This document shows positions 27,001-31,406 of a stretch of DNA of 31,406 nucleotides, one piece after another. The stretch's first letter is position 1; each line of letters opens with the position of its first letter. A program made the translations under genes and the position numbers. A model generated the notes under the pieces. The model made no database searches. It saw only the letters and a program-made list of their open reading frames with translations, and had not been told where the DNA came from. The stretch spans positions 9,330,704 to 9,362,109 of the forward strand of contig NW_002060944.1 in the NCBI RefSeq assembly GCF_000150275.1. Reading direction: 5' to 3'. The DNA is from Trichoplax adhaerens. Taxonomy: Eukaryota; Animalia; Placozoa.

Positions 27001-28124
27001 ACTATTGTATTTAAATTATCATCATTATCAGTGCTTACTTTTACATTTATGTATTATTAAGTAATTTTCTTTAATTCTTTTATCTATGCAATCAATATCG
27101 ACTCATTCTTTTAATCTAATCCGAATCAAATAGGCTGTAAGTTTATATCTGTGTATTATTTTGATTAATTTTGGAAATTATTTAACTAAAAAGAAAATAA
27201 TTATTAATTTACTTATAAATATTCGTATTTCTACATTCCTTCTTGTTGTGAGATCCCAAATTAGCTCAGGATAAAAATTATTAGATTTTATATAGAAATC
27301 ATAGAATTTGTTGTAATAATTCAATAAAATGTAGACAGAAGATAGATATTCTTTGTTATAGGTAGAATAATCTGGGCTATGTGATACAGTAAAATTTCAC
27401 TAGGAATACTACAGCATTTATAGTTCTAATATTATTTTAGACAGTCCTACTGAATCTTATTGATTCCAATAACTAATACTTTTATCTTTGTGAATTCTTT
27501 CATCTATAATTAGAAAAATGAACTTTAGCTGAGATAGCATTACATAATTATTATTATTACCCAATATAAGAAATTACAATTTGAACGTAATAAACATCTT
27601 TGCATAATTTTTTCTATGTTAATCTCTGAATCGGCCTTCACCATTCGTTTCGAAATTGGCCAACTTTTTAGGGAGTAAGTTTGCAATGCGGTCGAATTTA
27701 AAATGTTTTAAATGCATAACTATAATTAAAAAAATGAACTTTAGCTATGATAGCATTACATAATTATTATTATTACCCAATACAGGAAATTACTATTTGA
27801 ACATAATAAACGTCTTGCATTATTTTTTTATATGTTAATCTCTGAATTGGCCTTCACCATTCGATTCGAAATTGGCCAACTTATAGGGAGTAAGTTTGCA
27901 ATACGATCGAATTTAAAATGTTTTAAATGCATAACAATAAGTATATACAATTAAAAGAGGAATTAGATTCTAGCGCTTCTAAGATAGATAAAAATAACTT
28001 TATATCTATGAAGTTCTTACTAAATCTTACTTCTAATACCAACATTTATATTTTTGTTAATTTTTTTTCTGTACACCTTCGCATCAACCCTTAGAAAAGG
28101 AAGAAGAAATCAATGCAAATCTAG
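20885..28124 (+). CDS. Predicted micro-exon gene encoding a secreted prepro-peptide: exon 1 (signal peptide + acidic pro-region), 17 three-nucleotide exons, 30-nt last coding exon
   Basis: Exon 1 (20885-21085) ends in phase 0 at GTGAGT. Seventeen AG|NNN|GT cassettes follow between 22261 and 27889, then exon 28095-28124. Phase-0 product: MKTKVALVSILFLAVVVVEC-NEIEVSLDEIDE...KSMDELN-(SQIN/IN?)-PRPQIKFHTRFFFNAGG-KRKKKSMQI*. No transcript evidence is available to me. Confidence 0.7.
22080..27240 (+). repeat. Diverged tandem array of ~350-bp intron/micro-exon units (15 cassettes)
   Basis: Recurring core: TTACTAAGTAATTTTCTTAAATTC..ATATCTATGCAATCGATATCGACTCATTTGGAAAATCTAAATCGAACTAAATAG-NNN-GTAAGTTTATATTTG. 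Triplets are at 22261 CCC, 22574 CGC (divergent flank), 22796 CCT, 23159 CAA, 23511 ATC, 23862 AAA, 24189 TTC, 24894 CAT, 25095 ACC, 25393 CGT, 25741 TTC, 26088 TTC, 26443 TTC, 26793 AAT and 27134 GCT. Confidence 0.92.
24474..24811. mobile_element. Solo LTR-like insertion within one array intron
   Basis: About 338 bp of non-array sequence with imperfect inverted ends TGTCATGG...CCGTGATA. It explains the 705-bp spacing between the TTC (24189) and CAT (24894) cassettes. Confidence 0.55.
27504..27935 (+). repeat. Recent ~215-bp tandem duplication, each unit carrying a GGA micro-exon (27672-27674, 27887-27889)
   Basis: Two highly similar units with ...ATTGGCCAACTT(T/A)TAG|GGA|GTAAGTTTGCAAT. The unit sequence is unrelated to the main array. 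Confidence 0.9.
28095..28124 (+). CDS. 30-nt exon downstream of the micro-exon array (KRKKKSMQI* in phase 0)
   Basis: A poly-T tract and CCCTTAG acceptor lie upstream and a TAG|GTAAGA donor downstream. A further acceptor (TTTTTACTTTGTAG) lies at 28462. Confidence 0.65.
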   Translation, partial: KRKKKSMQI

Positions 28125-28862
28125 GTAAGAATTTGATTTATATTGGCATATTCTGTAATCCAGCTAATCTGGTACCATTTAAAGGTAACCGACAAAGCTA
28201 TGAATAGCCTATTAAAGCATTGTATCATACGAACTGTAAGAGTATGTAAAATACTATATAATATTGCACAACTCATTCAAAGAAATCTAGTACGGATTCA
28301 TTACTCTGCGGAGGCGAAGGATGTTCGTATTTCGTAGTAAATGTTCTAGTGTAACATTGTCACAGCTACTATGCTAAGATAGCAATCAGTTACAATAATC
28401 AGTCATGAAGTATTCTATTAAAGCTAATCTCAAATAATTATCATTGCTTTTTTACTTTGTAGAAAAACAGCAAACCAATGGCTTTCAGTTGAAAAGTAAA
28501 ATTGCAAAAATGATCGATATTTGCTGATTCGAGAATTCTTGTTGCCATGTAGTGCATATTAGGTTGTATTGACAGTTACATTTGATATACCGTGGTCGGA
28601 TTTCTAATAATAGAAAATATTACCGTAATGCTAATATTAGACGATGGCTAATTATTATATTGGAAATTGTTGATGACTATTACTAGTTACTTAAGTATGG
28701 TACAACATTTATATGACGCGATGTACTGCAATTGTAAAGACGCACAACACCTTTACGGTATTGGACAATTGTAGAAAAGTAATGATATTTCAAACAGATT
28801 GGTTCGTACGGTTAAATAGATTGGTTATCTATTTAAGGAAATGTGTTCTATTAGATGACTAA

Positions 28863-28912
28863 NNNNNNNNNNNNNNNNNNNNNNNNNNNNNNNNNNNNNN
28901 NNNNNNNNNNNN
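28863..28912. other. Assembly gap (50 N)
   Basis: Run of N. Confidence 0.99.
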
Positions 28913-31406
28913 ATGGGACGAAGTTATTGTTAGTTCTTTGAAGCCATCATTGGAGGGATGGGAAATTTTCGTGTCCCTTGGGGATGATTACTTTGTATTT
29001 CCTCAGGTACATTGTATTCTAGAATGACATTTATAGGAATAGACTTTCGGTAAAATCTCAAATTCGAACGTTTCGCAAAGTCTGAAGAGTCATTACTTTT
29101 TCAAAGAAAACTCAAAGGTGAAAAAAATATTCACAGGTACATTTAATCCTTCCTACGTAAGGCGGTTAAACATTGATAAAGTATTGTAATCTTTTTTGAA
29201 ATAAACACTGATAGTAAAGTTTAAAAGATCAGTTATTGGGTAATTATAAAAGCTCTACTTATCTGCATAAGTGCATAAACTTTAGCGAGATTATTTCTTT
29301 ATTTTCGAAAAAATAGCTCGTAAGATTTCAGTCTCTACTGAACCGATTCTTCGAGAAAAATAGCGTGCTTTGTCCTAAAAAATCTTTATAAGACACCTGC
29401 ATAGATAATATAATTTAATAATCTATAAATTGCCGGGATTATGGTTAAGATTTCAATTCTCAAAATTAATAGCGTAGATTTTAACCCTGAAGGCATACTT
29501 TAACTATTCCATTAGTAGCAACAGGTTACCACTGATACTCTCATCAACTCTCTTACTCTATGCATCATAAATAGTCTTCAGTGTTGGTAAATTTGATATT
29601 CTTTATATCCATAACATATTCTTTGAAGGGCGCATTTACTTGTACGATATCTAAATCAGTCCTACATAGTATTCATTAGAAAATATGTTAGGAAAGAAAC
29701 TGTGTTTCTTTGATAGGTGCAATAAGAAAGGGAAATTAGGGTATTGTAGTAGTCAAGAGGAACATCGTTGTTTCGGAAACGCTTTCTCTACTTCTTGGTA
29801 TAGAACTAAATATCACTGCAGTGAATTAGCGTAAAGTTGGGCTTACTTGCTACTCTAGTTGATTTTAAATGATCTCATAATTATAATTATTTGTATCTTT
29901 TGCGAATAAGATAAATGAATGCAATAATCTTGATTTAGTAAGATTTATTGAGATTCCACGAACTATAGCTTTACTCTCTATCGCATCGAAANNNNNNNNN
30001 NNNNNNNNNNNNNNNNNNNNNNNNNNNNNNNNNNNNNNNNNNNNNNNNNNNNNNNNNNNNNNNNNNNNNNNNNNNNNNNNNNNNNNNNNNNNNNNNNNNN
30101 NNNNNNNNNNNNNNNNNNNNNNNNNNNNNNNNNNNNNNNNNNNNNNNNNNNNNNNNNNNNNNNNNNNNNNNNNNNNNNNNNNNNNNNNNNNNNNNNNNNN
30201 NNNNNNNNNNNNNNNNNNNNNNNNNNNNNNNNNNNNNNNNNNNNNNNNNNNNNNNNNNNNNNNNNNNNNNNNNNNNNNNNNNNNNNNNNNNNNNNNNNNN
30301 NNNNNNNNNNNNNNNNNNNNNNNNNNNNNNNNNNNNNNNNNNNNNNNNNNNNNNNNNNNNNNNNNNNNNNNNNNNNNNNNNNNNNNNNNNNNNNNNNNNN
30401 NNNNNNNNNNNNNNNNNNNNNNNNNNNNNNNNNNNNNNNNNNNNNNNNNNNNNNNNNNNNNNNNNNNNNNNNNNNNNNNNNNNNNNNNNNNNNNNNNNNN
30501 NNNNNNNNNNNNNNNNNNNNTAGCCGTAACATTTATACTCTTGTCTCAGTCACACAGGATACGGGCAAAAAGCATCCTGCATTTCACGATTCAGTATAGA
30601 CTAGTGCAAACTCCCGTCGCTTTGCTGACGGTTTACGATAATGTGCTCATTTAACAGATAGTATTACCATTTGATAGACCTGTCAGATACTATATACAGT
30701 GTCAGTCAGTAATAGTACGGTTAAGACTGTTTTTGTGTGTTTGCGCTAATTCGATAATACCTAAAGTTAGTACGTTATAACTCGCTACTGTCACAAGTTA
30801 CATAATAATACTTGTGATTGAATAATTATAGTATTCTACAAATGTAACATACACTTGTTCATTCTACGTGTTAATGGTGGATTGTACTGCGTACACTAGC
30901 GAATTCACTGTTACACAAACTTGTAATTATTATGCGTCGTAAAAGTCAACGGTGTACGTATATAAGCCGCCACTTTTCAATACAATAAAGAGAGAGCAGA
31001 GTTAGTAGTCAGTTTTACAATAACTTCAATTACGTGTTTAATTTCTTGTCTCTATGCTAAGTGAGAGTAGCACGAACTTTCAATACAGTTGTTAGTATTA
31101 ACTCTAGATAGTAATACACAACTGTTACGAAGCATAGCTCCGTAAATTATAAAATAAGTAATAATAATTGATTAACCCGGGTTGTTTACCGTTTTGGTAG
31201 ACAACCATAGGGCATTAATACTGGTTGTTTACAATTATTATAAATGGAGCAATCGACAAAGGTTTAATTATATCTAGCTGGTTATAATATTGCTTAATAT
31301 AGGATTACCGTATGGGAGCGCACTGCTCTTGCAATTAATTACTCATATTGGTGCTGAGCCCATGCTCATCGATTGACTCATTAATTGGTTACTATTCATT
31401 AGTGTA
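28913..31406 (+). repeat. Copy 2 of the 17233-19706 segment (contains N gap 29992-30520)
   Basis: Direct, near-identical match to 17233-18308 and 18817-19706. Confidence 0.95.

Noticed and set aside
22080-27240. CRISPR array or plain satellite interpretation of the periodic region
   Set aside because: The context is eukaryotic, units are ~350 bp and diverged, there are no cas genes, and the invariant elements are splice signals.
29978-30532. 184-aa ORF in the track
   Set aside because: It is an artefact of translating through the N gap.

Overview
AT-rich eukaryotic genomic DNA with spliceosomal introns, probably from a compact non-bilaterian animal genome (a placozoan is my inference). Recognisable genes are a two-exon cytochrome c oxidase subunit 6B (1833-2166, +) and an intronless DUF2431/BMT5-like methyltransferase-domain ORF with an inserted FCS-like zinc finger (9176-10156, -). 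The window also holds three decayed paralogs of a secreted Cys/Trp-containing domain, several solo-LTR-like inserts and a near-identical ~2.5 kb duplication beside assembly gaps. The main signal is at 20885-28124 (+). A signal-peptide plus acidic pro-region exon is followed by 17 units, mostly ~200-360 bp, each carrying an AG|NNN|GT(A/G)(A/G)GT cassette. These are candidate 3-nt micro-exons whose triplet varies while the flanks are conserved. Joined in phase 0 they spell P-R-P-Q-I-K-F-H-T-R-F-F-F-N-A-G-G and run into a last exon starting K-R, which gives a G-K-R amidation/cleavage site. It looks like a prepro-peptide gene whose mature peptide is encoded one codon per exon, with potential for combinatorial skipping. 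Splicing is predicted from sequence only.
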